DNA from: a virus
IMG/VR virus record: IMGVR_UViG_3300045988_171958
Coordinates: 160,001 to 224,000 of that record
DNA length: 64,000 bases
Direction: 5' to 3' (one strand)
The first letter of the stretch is position 1, and each line of letters starts with the position of its first letter. The position numbers were made by a program, and so were the translations under genes. Below the pieces are notes generated by a model. The model did not search any database and was not told where the DNA came from. It worked only from the letters and a program-made list of their open reading frames with translations. Positions 46,474-55,983 of this stretch are shown piece by piece.

Positions 46474-48051
46474 TTAACGTAAAGCCATCATCTGAGCAGC
46501 GATACTAGACATATAGCTATCTACAGGGTTTTGGTTATGATTCTCGTTGATATTCTGTACTGGCTTCTCATTGAAATCAATACCAGCCCAGAAGCTTTCC
46601 ATTACACCAGTCTTAGTAAAGTCATAAGCACGAGACTGTAGAGCTATTTCATCCTTCTTTTGCTCGCTCAATCCTTCGAACATTGGACGGTACTCATTTG
46701 GCATGTTTACAATAGCATAGCAAGTTGCATACTTACCAAGATTCTTCTCTTGCTGTTCCTTCAACATCTGAATCTCATTTTCTTTAGAACCTTGACCACT
46801 TTCAAGCATCTCAAGCATTCTATCGATATTGTCGAACTTGTCATTAGACTTAGATTCGATATATTCAGAAACATTCTCATTAATCTTGTTACTCAATTCT
46901 TTACCAAATTGCTCAGTAATCCAATTCTGTAGTTCATCAGAGTAATTTTCAACAATCCACTTCTGAACCTCAGGAGAATACTGCTCTACAATCCACTTCT
47001 GAACCTCAGATGAATAATTTTCAACAATCCACTTCTGAACCTCAGGTGAATACTGCTCTACAATCCACTTCTGAACCTCAGGAGAATAATGTTCTGTTAC
47101 CCACTTCTGAACTTCTGGAGAATATTGCTCTACTACCCACTTCTGTACTTCAGGAGCAAACTGTTCACATACCCAATTCTGAACAACTGGAGCAAACTCT
47201 TCACTTACCCATTTCTGTACACCATTTGCCATTTCTTGGCTAAATTCAGGTTTGAATTCTTCCTTAATCCAAGATTCAATAGCATCATAGTTAGTAGGCT
47301 TGAATTCAGAAACTTGTTCAGTAAGAGCTTGGATTTGCTCATCCTTTTCGTTGATAGATTCCTTAGCTACATGGAGTTCTGCCTCAAGGCTTTCTACCTT
47401 TTCACTAAGCTTATCAACTGCTTCTTTCAAGTCTTTCATATTTGTTTTATCTTTGTCTTTATCTTTGTTCTTATCTGGATCATCATTCTTGTCGTCTTCT
47501 CCTTCAAGAATTACTGCACACATGGATTCATTCAATGATTCAAACTTCTGATTTTCATCTAGATGTAGACTTGCTTGTGAGAAACCAGGTGTACCAACCA
47601 AGTCATAAGTCTTAAGCATAGTAAGTGTTACATTACCAGATTCATCGATAGAACCAAGAGCACGAGAACTGATATACAAAGGTACACCAGCTTCTACAAT
47701 AGCCTTAGCATTACGACCCTTCTCAGTATCAAGCAGTACAACAGTACCAGTAATAGTACCATCTTCATGCATCTGAACACTTTCGATCTTATGGCTTACA
47801 TTGTTTAAGTTTATGTTCATTGAATTTGGATGTTCAAGTTCACCAAGACAACCTTCTGTTGCTATTGTCTTTTGCAAACTTTCTACCATCTGACCATAAT
47901 TCTCCTTACTATATATTCGATTGTTTCCATTCTTAATACCACAAACACCGAATACACCAGAAAGGCGAATTTCATTGTTGTCAAGAGACTCCTTAACCTT
48001 CATTGCAGTTATGTTGCCAAGTGTCTCATATACTAGACATTTCTTTGCCAT
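46474..48051 (-). CDS. prohead protease (T4 gp21-like) fused to an acidic / coiled-coil / tandem-repeat scaffold-like C-terminal region (525 aa)
   Basis: NNRIYSKENY...CLGELEHPNS...ISSRALGS parallels T4 gp21 NKRLYPKRIL..ALGELNHPP..VSSRGLGS. C-terminal half carries nine 12-aa repeats. Confidence 0.85.
   Translation of the reverse strand: MAKKCLVYETLGNITAMKVKESLDNNEIRLSGVFGVCGIKNGNNRIYSKENYGQMVESLQKTIATEGCLGELEHPNSMNINLNNVSHKIESVQMHEDGTITGTVVLLDTEKGRNAKAIVEAGVPLYISSRALGSIDESGNVTLTMLKTYDLVGTPGFSQASLHLDENQKFESLNESMCAVILEGEDDKNDDPDKNKDKDKDKTNMKDLKEAVDKLSEKVESLEAELHVAKESINEKDEQIQALTEQVSEFKPTNYDAIESWIKEEFKPEFSQEMANGVQKWVSEEFAPVVQNWVCEQFAPEVQKWVVEQYSPEVQKWVTEHYSPEVQKWIVEQYSPEVQKWIVENYSSEVQKWIVEQYSPEVQKWIVENYSDELQNWITEQFGKELSNKINENVSEYIESKSNDKFDNIDRMLEMLESGQGSKENEIQMLKEQQEKNLGKYATCYAIVNMPNEYRPMFEGLSEQKKDEIALQSRAYDFTKTGVMESFWAGIDFNEKPVQNINENHNQNPVDSYMSSIAAQMMALR
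46921..47244. repeat. nine tandem 36-bp repeats inside the protease-scaffold gene
   Basis: Units start at 46921, 46957, 46993, 47029, 47065, 47101, 47137, 47173 and 47209 (CCACTTCTGAACCTCAGG...). They encode EVQKWIVEQYSP-type repeats. Confidence 0.9.
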
Positions 48052-48173
48052 TTCGTATTTGATAGGATAAATTTTGACCTATATATTAAATTAGGTTAAT
48101 GTTACTTTTAAAAATAACAGAAGAAAGTAAAGCCTCTATCAAATTACATTTAATTAATAATAAAACAAAATAA

Positions 48174-48203
48174 AAAAGGACAGTAGTTAACTACTGTCCT
48201 TTT
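48174..48203 (-). terminator. intrinsic terminator (minus strand)
   Basis: 13-bp stem AAAAGGACAGTAG-ttaa-CTACTGTCCTTTT with a T run on the minus strand. Confidence 0.7.
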
Positions 48204-48205
48204 GT

Positions 48206-48487
48206 TTAGAATTTAGGAATAGAAATTTTAGGCATAGATGGAGCTGACATCTTAGGCATACTAGGCATCTTAGGCATCATGCCATTGTATCTCTTATCCT
48301 GATCTTTCTGTTCTTTTTCTTCTTTCTTTTGGATATCTTTTATGTTAGCAAGATACTCTTCATATATCCAATAAGGCATTCTAAGTATTTCACTAGGTTG
48401 TATGTGATATTCCCTACAAATAAATAAACTATTTCTTACCGAATTTACGACGCTTACTTTGTATATGGAATAGACCGCTGACTCCAT
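48206..48487 (-). CDS. small K/E-rich protein with C-terminal MPK repeats (93 aa, or 57 aa from ATG 48379)
   Basis: The first 59 nt overlap the upstream gene. Internal ATG at 48379 gives MPYWIYEEY...MPKMPSMPKMSAPSMPKISIPKF. Confidence 0.4.
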   Translation of the reverse strand: MESAVYSIYKVSVVNSVRNSLFICREYHIQPSEILRMPYWIYEEYLANIKDIQKKEEKEQKDQDKRYNGMMPKMPSMPKMSAPSMPKISIPKF

Positions 48488-49565
48488 TGGGAAATCTGAT
48501 ATCTGAAGTTACCTCCTCTCCACAGCTTGGGCATTTAGTAAGTAATTTAGTCTTAGGAGTAACAATAATATTCTTAAGAACTTCATCCATGAATTCAAAC
48601 TGATCAATAGAAAGAGAATCAAATGCAGTCTTAAGCTGTTTCATCTGTCTCTTACTGATTTCATCATCCTTAGAAATCTTAGGTGTCATCCAAGAAACAA
48701 AACGAATAAATACTGGATCTATCTTTGCATTTCTGTTTTCTTGGAGCTTACGAATCATCCAAGCCTTGATGTTTGCATCCTTTTCCAAAGTTGGTACATA
48801 CAAAGTAATAGGATCACCTTCTACTTCATATTCTGATGGATCAATAGCCCAAGTACGAGAAGTCTGGTCATAATATGAAATTACTTCTTCATCTGGCATA
48901 TCATACATCAATGCATCAGAAGTCAAGTTGAATTCTACTGGAGTTTCACACTCAGGACAATCTTCATAATATGAAATATTTGACTCACCATCTTGGAATG
49001 TGTATTCTCTTACAAGAAGTAAGAAGAAGAATCTGTCCCAAGAGCAGATGTTGTGCCATGGAATAGGACGATCTGTGCTATCCTTAATCTGCAAACAAGT
49101 CTTCAATACCTCATTAAATACTTCATCGATACTATTGCCATTCTGATCATCAATCATAGACCAGTTACGAATAGCTTCTACTGTTGCTGGACGAATATAG
49201 AATGACCAATCTGATGGATAGAAAATATCACGTTCACCTAACAATGTTCTATCAACTGGGAGCCATCCTTCACGAACTCTTGTAGTATCTCCAATTTTCT
49301 GACCAATTCTTGAAAGATTCTGTGATTTGATGAATTCTTTATCACGTTCTCTCTCTTCATTTGACATAGCACCAGGAAGTCTGTTCAACTTCTTTCCTAT
49401 CATTTGAGTAGCCATATTAGTAGAAGGAGCTTCTTCAGCTACATCATATACTTCTTGCTGTACTCCTCCATCTGCTTCAATATTCAAATCATTACCAAGA
49501 TCACCAATTTGTGAAGCTAATGTTTGTTCTGTTTCTTCTTGTGTTTGTTTTCTACGTATTGCCAT
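48429..49565 (-). CDS. zinc-ribbon protein, function unknown (378 aa)
   Basis: CPECETP and CPSCGEE pairs; sits between the gp46-like gene and the head genes. Confidence 0.6.
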   Translation of the reverse strand: MAIRRKQTQEETEQTLASQIGDLGNDLNIEADGGVQQEVYDVAEEAPSTNMATQMIGKKLNRLPGAMSNEERERDKEFIKSQNLSRIGQKIGDTTRVREGWLPVDRTLLGERDIFYPSDWSFYIRPATVEAIRNWSMIDDQNGNSIDEVFNEVLKTCLQIKDSTDRPIPWHNICSWDRFFFLLLVREYTFQDGESNISYYEDCPECETPVEFNLTSDALMYDMPDEEVISYYDQTSRTWAIDPSEYEVEGDPITLYVPTLEKDANIKAWMIRKLQENRNAKIDPVFIRFVSWMTPKISKDDEISKRQMKQLKTAFDSLSIDQFEFMDEVLKNIIVTPKTKLLTKCPSCGEEVTSDIRFPNGVSGLFHIQSKRRKFGKK

Positions 49566-49624
49566 ATTTATTAATCAAATTTGATTTTATTTCCTCACTT
49601 AAAAAATAAAGTTATTTTGTTTAG

Positions 49625-51334
49625 TTAAAAGACTTGTTCATATTCGGATGCATGTACTATTACTTGACCCGTACATAAACTTTTCTTAATGTTTTCTTTA
49701 TTGATTTTCTTATTCTTTACACTTACTCTTATCTTATGGTCAAATCTGTCATCAGGCATAGGACCATGATTGATAATTATGATAGTTCTGTTGTTTGCCA
49801 TAGAAGTTTGAAGCATTTCCAACATCATATCTTTCATATTGTCATCCATATTTGAAAAGAGTTCATCAAGTCCTATTATATTAAAATTAACATTTGCAAT
49901 AACATTCTGAAGAATTCCAAATATAATACAAATATCTAAGGTCTTCTTCTGACCAGTTGATAAGTCTTTATATGAAATTTCTTTTTCATTATTATCAATG
50001 AATATGTGGCACTTGAATTCCTGGTCAAACTTGACAGAATAGTTTTGTTCAAGCTTATTGAGATACTTAGATATTGAATTGTTGATATGAGGTATCATAG
50101 AATCAAGCAACTTGTATCGTAATGACTTAGTGAACAATTCTGACAAATCATTCCATTCACCTTGTTCTAATTCATTATCTAATGATTCTTGTTGTAATCT
50201 CTCTAACTTGTCTTTAGCTTCTGATATCAAATTATCAAAATTATCTTTCATTAACTTAAGATTAGAATTGTAAGTTGATACTTTAGTATCAATAGAATGG
50301 ATTTCAGATTTGATATCAGAAATCAATGTATCATATTTCTTGTTTACTATATCTATCTTATCATTTATAGATAGAATTTCTTTAGATACTTCTTCTATCT
50401 TATCATTCCAATCATGCCAAACTTTAGCATAATCATTCATTTTATTGAGATATTCATCTATTTTTGATTTCTCAATATCATGACCACATGTAGGACATTT
50501 ACCTGATTTGAATTTCTCATACATCTGTTTCTGTTGCTTTCCTAAAGTAGCTGCTTCTGTACGCTTATCAACAAATTCAGATTTCTTTTTCTCTAATTCT
50601 CTTTTTTGCTCTACTATTGTATCAACTTTTTGCTTATGTTCTTCTTTTACAGATTTTCCTTGTTCAATCAAGTCATTTCTTCGCTTGTCCAATCCTGTTA
50701 TATCTATTGATGTAGCAAGTTTCTGTTGCTGATTTTCTTTCTTCTTTTTTAAAGATTCTATCTGATTAGAAGTTTCTTGTATCAATGCTTGCAATTCTGT
50801 TCCTCTTTTTGCAACATCTCTTCTTTCTTCAACTACTTCATCATTATAAGTAGTAAAAGTCTTAAAACCAAATACATCATCCAAAAAGCATTTTGTTTGA
50901 AATGGGTTCATGCTTGCTAATGACATAAACTGGTTGAACGATATGATGCACATTCTTTCTATTGCAATTCTTGGTACATCATAATATTCTTCTAGGATTT
51001 TCTGATAATCATTCTTAGATGGTGCTTGCAAATCCTTTCCGTCTATTTTTGCTACCATTTCAGAATAACAAGATCTAGAAATATAAATATCATGCTTTCC
51101 AGAAGTAAGCCATAATTCAACTTTATAGTCTTTAGTATTCCAAGCAATCAAATTTGGGTTCTTATGATCTTTTATGGTACCATAAAGACCAAATAGAATA
51201 GAATTTAATAGCATGGTTTTTCCACTTCCAATAGGACCAGAAAGCTTAATCATTCCCTTTAATTCATTAAAATTAAATTCATGAACCCCATATAAAGATC
51301 CAAAATTTTTTATTCTTATTTTATTTATTATCAT
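49625..51334 (-). CDS. Rad50/SbcC-like recombination ATPase (T4 gp46-like, 569 aa)
   Basis: Walker A GPIGSGKT, central coiled coil with CPTCGH zinc hook, signature LSTGQKK, Walker B IIGLDELF. Confidence 0.85.
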   Translation of the reverse strand: MIINKIRIKNFGSLYGVHEFNFNELKGMIKLSGPIGSGKTMLLNSILFGLYGTIKDHKNPNLIAWNTKDYKVELWLTSGKHDIYISRSCYSEMVAKIDGKDLQAPSKNDYQKILEEYYDVPRIAIERMCIISFNQFMSLASMNPFQTKCFLDDVFGFKTFTTYNDEVVEERRDVAKRGTELQALIQETSNQIESLKKKKENQQQKLATSIDITGLDKRRNDLIEQGKSVKEEHKQKVDTIVEQKRELEKKKSEFVDKRTEAATLGKQQKQMYEKFKSGKCPTCGHDIEKSKIDEYLNKMNDYAKVWHDWNDKIEEVSKEILSINDKIDIVNKKYDTLISDIKSEIHSIDTKVSTYNSNLKLMKDNFDNLISEAKDKLERLQQESLDNELEQGEWNDLSELFTKSLRYKLLDSMIPHINNSISKYLNKLEQNYSVKFDQEFKCHIFIDNNEKEISYKDLSTGQKKTLDICIIFGILQNVIANVNFNIIGLDELFSNMDDNMKDMMLEMLQTSMANNRTIIIINHGPMPDDRFDHKIRVSVKNKKINKENIKKSLCTGQVIVHASEYEQVF

Positions 51335-52427
51335 GATTAATAAAATGTTTTACTTCATCTAAATTAAAAAATTCAATGTAATTCAAATGATTTATTTTTG
51401 CAACTTTTCTTTTATATGGATCTCTTTCTGTCCATATTTGTATTGCATTCTTATATAGAATTTTATTTTCATTTTCATATTTATATTTCCATTTATTAAC
51501 AATGTTACTATCTTCTTCCGATTCAGGATTATAAATATGGTCGCCATGTGTCCAATATCCATTGAATTCAATAAACAAATCTTCACTAGGAATATAAAAG
51601 TCACAATTAAATGGATATCGATTACTATTATATTGTCTTATTACATCCTTATATTTTAATTTTAATAATTCAAAACATTTATCTTCTTTTTTAGATCTTT
51701 TATAAGATCCATTTTTTATTTTAGTTTGAATTATTTTATTTTGTACTTCCGGATCAGATAATTTAATTCTTAAATTTTCTCTTGCTTTAGGACATTGATT
51801 ATAATATTCATATCCGTATTTAATTAAATTGGTTTGTTTAGTTTTTTCTTTACATTTTTCAGATGATAAAGATATTTGGGCTTTTTTCCTTATATCTTCA
51901 TCACAAAAGAAATTTGCATAGCCATATTTTCTAAGTCTTGTTTCTTCTGATTTCTTTTGAATTTCTTTGGAAGAAAGAACACATTTTACTCCATATTTTT
52001 TTAAACAAGTATTTTCTTTTTTATTTTTGATTTCTTTTAATTGGAATGGATTTTCTGTACCATATTTATTCTGCCAAGTCATTTTCATCTTGGTAATTAT
52101 ACCTGGTATACCTTTACCATATTTTTTTAACCTTGTTTCTGCAATATGAATACCAACTAAATTAGATTTTTTCTTACAATCATTAGAACAATATGTCAAA
52201 TATACTAATCCAGGATGTCCATTAAATTTACAATTTTTACCACATACTGGGCACTTTGGAATTTCTTCTATATTATATTTTATTCTATATACAGTTTCTT
52301 TATAAGAGTTAAATTCTTTAAATCTATTCTTTAAATATTTTTTAACTTCATCTGTAAAAGATTTCTTATTTAATTTTAATCTTTTTTTAAAAAATTCATT
52401 AATTATATATTCATCATTGATTTCCAT
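51321..52427 (-). mobile_element. homing-endonuclease-like gene, family copy 4 (368 aa)
   Basis: CPVCGKN..CSNDC, KYG repeats, YPFNCDFYIP..FIEFNGYWTHGDH; overlaps the gp46-like start by 14 nt. Confidence 0.7.
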
Positions 52428-52459
52428 GTAGTATATATTCTAATATAGATGTTTTACAT

Positions 52460-53488
52460 TTAAAAATAATCCTTTTTAATTAATTTGTTCTTCACTATTT
52501 CATACTTACTATATAGATTCTTTGGAATGTTGCTATCAATATATTTCTTTATATCTTGGTTCATATCAATTCCAACTTCATCATCATTTATCATCATCTT
52601 ATCTATTGCTACTACTCTTATAGATATTCCAGGATTATTCAGTTTCAGTTCTTTTACTTTCTCAATGTATTTTGCTTTATTGATTAAGTCTTTATCAATG
52701 TATAGCTGAACAAAGCAATTATCAAAATTAGTAAGATTAAAGATTTCTTCATTAAAATATCTGTAAAACTGATAAGTTTCTTCATTTTCAAACTTACGTA
52801 CTATTTCTGTACCTCGTAACAAATATACATATCTCTTGTCATTTACATCATTGAAGTTCAATGGTAATGCTGCACCAAGATTATAAAGCTTATGTTCTTC
52901 ATCTGTCCATGGTGTATGAATGTGTCCACTATATACTGGACTTCCATTCATATTCTTTATCATATCTATATCCCAAGTACATAAATCAGAATGACAGAAT
53001 ATTCTCTTTATAGATTCTCCTTTAAAGTGTTCTATTGTTTGTCCAAACAATTCTTTATCTTCTGTAAAGAACCAAGGCAAATATAAGTCACCATCATTAT
53101 CAAGATATGGGGTTTCAGTATAGAAGTGTACATTATCATGTTCTTTCATGAATTCAGAACCAAAAACCATTTCATAAGCATTGTAATGCATATCTTCTTT
53201 CTTAGGAGAATAGTAGTCATGATTACCAGCAAGAAAATTGAAACTCTTTACAGGATTTCTTTCTATCATTTCTCTTACCATGTCTTTTACTTTGATGCCA
53301 ACTAAAGTGTTTATAGAATATCTTACATCAAACAAGTCACCTAGGAAAATTACTTTCTGCACACCATTTGATATTATCAAACTCTCAATTTCTACAAAAT
53401 AATTTTCCATTTCTTCAAGCCATTGTACAGAATTTGTCTTGGTTCCAAAATGGAAATCACCTATCACTAAAGTATCTTTTTCGTTCAT
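52460..53488 (-). CDS. Mre11/SbcD-like nuclease (T4 gp47-like, 342 aa)
   Basis: Phosphoesterase motifs VIGDFHFG, FLGDLFD, AGNHD, SGHIH. Confidence 0.85.
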   Translation of the reverse strand: MNEKDTLVIGDFHFGTKTNSVQWLEEMENYFVEIESLIISNGVQKVIFLGDLFDVRYSINTLVGIKVKDMVREMIERNPVKSFNFLAGNHDYYSPKKEDMHYNAYEMVFGSEFMKEHDNVHFYTETPYLDNDGDLYLPWFFTEDKELFGQTIEHFKGESIKRIFCHSDLCTWDIDMIKNMNGSPVYSGHIHTPWTDEEHKLYNLGAALPLNFNDVNDKRYVYLLRGTEIVRKFENEETYQFYRYFNEEIFNLTNFDNCFVQLYIDKDLINKAKYIEKVKELKLNNPGISIRVVAIDKMMINDDEVGIDMNQDIKKYIDSNIPKNLYSKYEIVKNKLIKKDYF

Positions 53489-53510
53489 AAAATAATGTTT
53501 ATACTAAATT

Positions 53511-53541
53511 AAAATAGAAATAAAATAATTGCAATTTCAAA
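53511..53541 (-). promoter_or_regulatory. minus-strand promoter TTTGAAATTG ... TTCTATTTT (spacing class 24)
   Basis: Reverse complement of 53531-53541 and 53511-53519; divergent from the + strand cassette at 53561. Confidence 0.5.
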
Positions 53542-53560
53542 ATATTTTATTTGTATTTAT

Positions 53561-53590
53561 TTTGAAATTTATTTTGTTTATTCTATATTT
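53561..53590 (+). promoter_or_regulatory. repeated promoter cassette TTTGAAATTT-N12-TTCTATATTT + conserved leader
   Basis: TTTG at 53561, CTAT at 53583 (offset 22); leader TATCCGAACAAAATAAA. Confidence 0.7.
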
Positions 53591-53617
53591 TATCCGAACA
53601 AAATAAATATTAAAATT

Positions 53618-54133
53618 ATGGATATGAATACAAACAAGATTTATGATGATGCTCCAATGATGGATATGGTTAAATTTAACCAAGTAGAAGGTATTGATTT
53701 GAACCTCATAGATGGAGAAAAATTGAATTTTTACTATACATTATCACAAGTTATTTGGGTTACTGAAATACATCTTACAGAAAATAATGAAATAGCATAT
53801 AACTACATCTGTCCTTATGTTGTTGTAAAAGTCAACAACAAGTATTTTCTTAGAAATCGTACTAATGCATATACTTATGCTCATTATGATGTAAAATTTA
53901 AAGAATATGAGTTTGAAAATATAATGGGTAACTTTGCTCTTCCAGTTAATGTACATGCTTCTACTTCTTATGAATATATAAACAGATATAGGCATGAAGA
54001 GTACAAGAAGTTAGTACTTCAGAAAGAAGAAAACAAGTCAACTAACAAATTTGAATTTACTTTAAAGCAAGCTAAAGAAGCTCTTGCAGAAAAATATGGA
54101 TATAATATAGAAAATATTTGTATTAAGCTATAA
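53618..54133 (+). CDS. hypothetical protein (171 aa)
   Basis: ORF after a promoter cassette. Confidence 0.55.
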   Translation: MDMNTNKIYDDAPMMDMVKFNQVEGIDLNLIDGEKLNFYYTLSQVIWVTEIHLTENNEIAYNYICPYVVVKVNNKYFLRNRTNAYTYAHYDVKFKEYEFENIMGNFALPVNVHASTSYEYINRYRHEEYKKLVLQKEENKSTNKFEFTLKQAKEALAEKYGYNIENICIKL

Positions 54134-54138
54134 TATAT

Positions 54139-54264
54139 ATGGATATATCAAAAGTAAGAAGAGAAGGACATTACTATATATTCAGTGTACAAGAAGTACA
54201 GGATATCATTAGTAAAGCTTTAGAAATTGATCCAAGATTAGTAGTTATTGAAACAAAATATTGA
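54139..54264 (+). CDS. possible small ORF (41 aa, below the ORF-track cutoff)
   Basis: ATG 54139 ... TGA 54262-54264 (MDISKVRREGHYYIFSVQEVQDIISKALEIDPRLVVIETKY) fills a gap. Confidence 0.3.
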   Translation: MDISKVRREGHYYIFSVQEVQDIISKALEIDPRLVVIETKY

Positions 54265-54278
54265 AGCAAAATATTGGA

Positions 54279-54635
54279 ATGAAAACAGATTATAAATTTA
54301 GTGAACTAGTAAAGATGATAAAGAAGCATTATGTTGATTCTTTATCAAATGATGTTCTTGATATGCAACAAGAAATTGAAAGATTGGGAACTGAAGTAAT
54401 GGACTTGAAGTCAAGAAATGAATCATTGAAGAAAACTATTGAGAATGACAAATTCAATGTCGAGAATGATCCTTCTTATATATTAGGAAAAGCAGTTGCA
54501 AAGTATGTGAAAGATACAATCAAGACTGATGTAATGAAGAATTTGAATGTTGAAGTAGATTCTGAATGGGACCCTTATTCTGGCCAACGAGACCATAATC
54601 ATACAACAGAAATTTCTTGGAATGAAGATGAATAA
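54279..54635 (+). CDS. hypothetical coiled-coil protein (118 aa from ATG 54279; track start 54261 is TTG)
   Basis: ORF. Confidence 0.5.
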   Translation: MKTDYKFSELVKMIKKHYVDSLSNDVLDMQQEIERLGTEVMDLKSRNESLKKTIENDKFNVENDPSYILGKAVAKYVKDTIKTDVMKNLNVEVDSEWDPYSGQRDHNHTTEISWNEDE

Positions 54636-54638
54636 AAT

Positions 54639-54668
54639 TTTGAAATTTTATAATTTTATTCTATATTT
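54639..54668 (+). promoter_or_regulatory. repeated promoter cassette TTTGAAATTT-N12-TTCTATATTT + conserved leader
   Basis: TTTG at 54639, CTAT at 54661 (offset 22); leader TATTCGAACAAAAATAAA, near-identical to the 53561 copy. Confidence 0.7.
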
Positions 54669-54691
54669 TATTCGAACAAAAATAAAATGAT

Positions 54692-55366
54692 ATGACATAT
54701 ACGGTAACATTATCAAGTACATTAGCTAAGTTATCAACTCTTAAGGAAAAGAGCAAGTACACTAGATATCTTATGGATCTCTACTGTACTGAAGAAGAAA
54801 CTATTCATAATGCATTATCTGGCTTATTCAAGACAAAGGTATTGTTTCAGAAGAAGTACAACATCTTATGGGTTGTGAATATTTCTGCTAAGAATAACAG
54901 AATTGTTACAGATAATATCATCCCTATATTTGTAAGTAAGGTAAAGTATGGATATCGAATGACACCTATCTATTATCCTTTCCTAAAGGATATGTATCGT
55001 GTTAAGGATGCAAAGTATATGGCTTATGTAATTGGTAAGCATGGTATTGCTGATTTTACTTTGACTGATGAGAATGATTTTCCTGTATTTGAAGAAAATG
55101 ACAATCTTGATAATGCAATAATCTTTACTCAGTATGAAGATGCTATTAAGTACAGAAGCTTGTTCATTGAATATACAAAGGAAAAGAAGAAGAAAACTGA
55201 TGAACGACATGCAAATGGTATCTTCACTATTGATGAAATTGCAAAGAAGCTTGGAATTTCACCAACCGATTTGAAGATCATTAATGATGAAGATGATGAT
55301 TACATGTATTATGAAGGTACTAGACCGGAAGATTTTGGTGAACTTGGGGATGGTTATATGATTTAA
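54692..55366 (+). CDS. hypothetical protein (224 aa)
   Basis: ORF. Confidence 0.55.
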   Translation: MTYTVTLSSTLAKLSTLKEKSKYTRYLMDLYCTEEETIHNALSGLFKTKVLFQKKYNILWVVNISAKNNRIVTDNIIPIFVSKVKYGYRMTPIYYPFLKDMYRVKDAKYMAYVIGKHGIADFTLTDENDFPVFEENDNLDNAIIFTQYEDAIKYRSLFIEYTKEKKKKTDERHANGIFTIDEIAKKLGISPTDLKIINDEDDDYMYYEGTRPEDFGELGDGYMI

Positions 55367-55385
55367 TTTTATTTAATTTAGAAAT

Positions 55386-55979
55386 ATGAATTTAACAACA
55401 GCTATATCAATTGTAAATGATGGTGTGCTTGTTGGTCCACATAAAGGTTGTCCAGTCTTATATATTAAAGATGAGGATGATCCAGACCAGTTTCAAGCAC
55501 TGAATACAAAAGAATTCTATGAATATCTTAAGAAACAGAGAATATTCAGAGATGTATCAAGTTATTGCAGAACTGCATTCTACCTATCTTGGTTCTATAT
55601 AGATGATAATGGAGAAGTAAAGACAGATAGTGCATCAATAACATTGCAAGAAGCTTATCCATTATCTAAATTGCAATATGATGATACAGTTCATGATATG
55701 TATGTTTGGAATATTCTTAGGAATGGGTTGAAATATATTTGGACAGCAAGTTTTCCAGATGAAGAGTTTCCTATGGAATATTCTGGTGACTTACATGATG
55801 ACTTGCAACAGATATACGGAGTATACGAGAAAGTACAGAGCAAGTTTGGTGAGAAGCTTGATAAGTCTACATTTATTCAAGCTGTAAACAGTAAGTTGCA
55901 AAAGCGTGAGGTATATGACTTTACAGAAGAGAATATTGAATACGTAATAGATTATTTAAGAAACATTTTAGAAAAGTAA
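55386..55979 (+). CDS. hypothetical protein, paralog of 35833..36474 (197 aa)
   Basis: Shared blocks GCPVLYIKDEDDPD, FYLSWF, VWNILRN, FIQAVNSKLQKRE, LRNILE. Confidence 0.65.
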   Translation: MNLTTAISIVNDGVLVGPHKGCPVLYIKDEDDPDQFQALNTKEFYEYLKKQRIFRDVSSYCRTAFYLSWFYIDDNGEVKTDSASITLQEAYPLSKLQYDDTVHDMYVWNILRNGLKYIWTASFPDEEFPMEYSGDLHDDLQQIYGVYEKVQSKFGEKLDKSTFIQAVNSKLQKREVYDFTEENIEYVIDYLRNILEK

Positions 55980-55983
55980 AATT

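Noticed and set aside
47010-47551. + strand ORFs of 77-149 aa over the scaffold repeat region
   Set aside because: They are antisense products of the 36-bp tandem repeats, and their periodic sequence simply mirrors the repeat.
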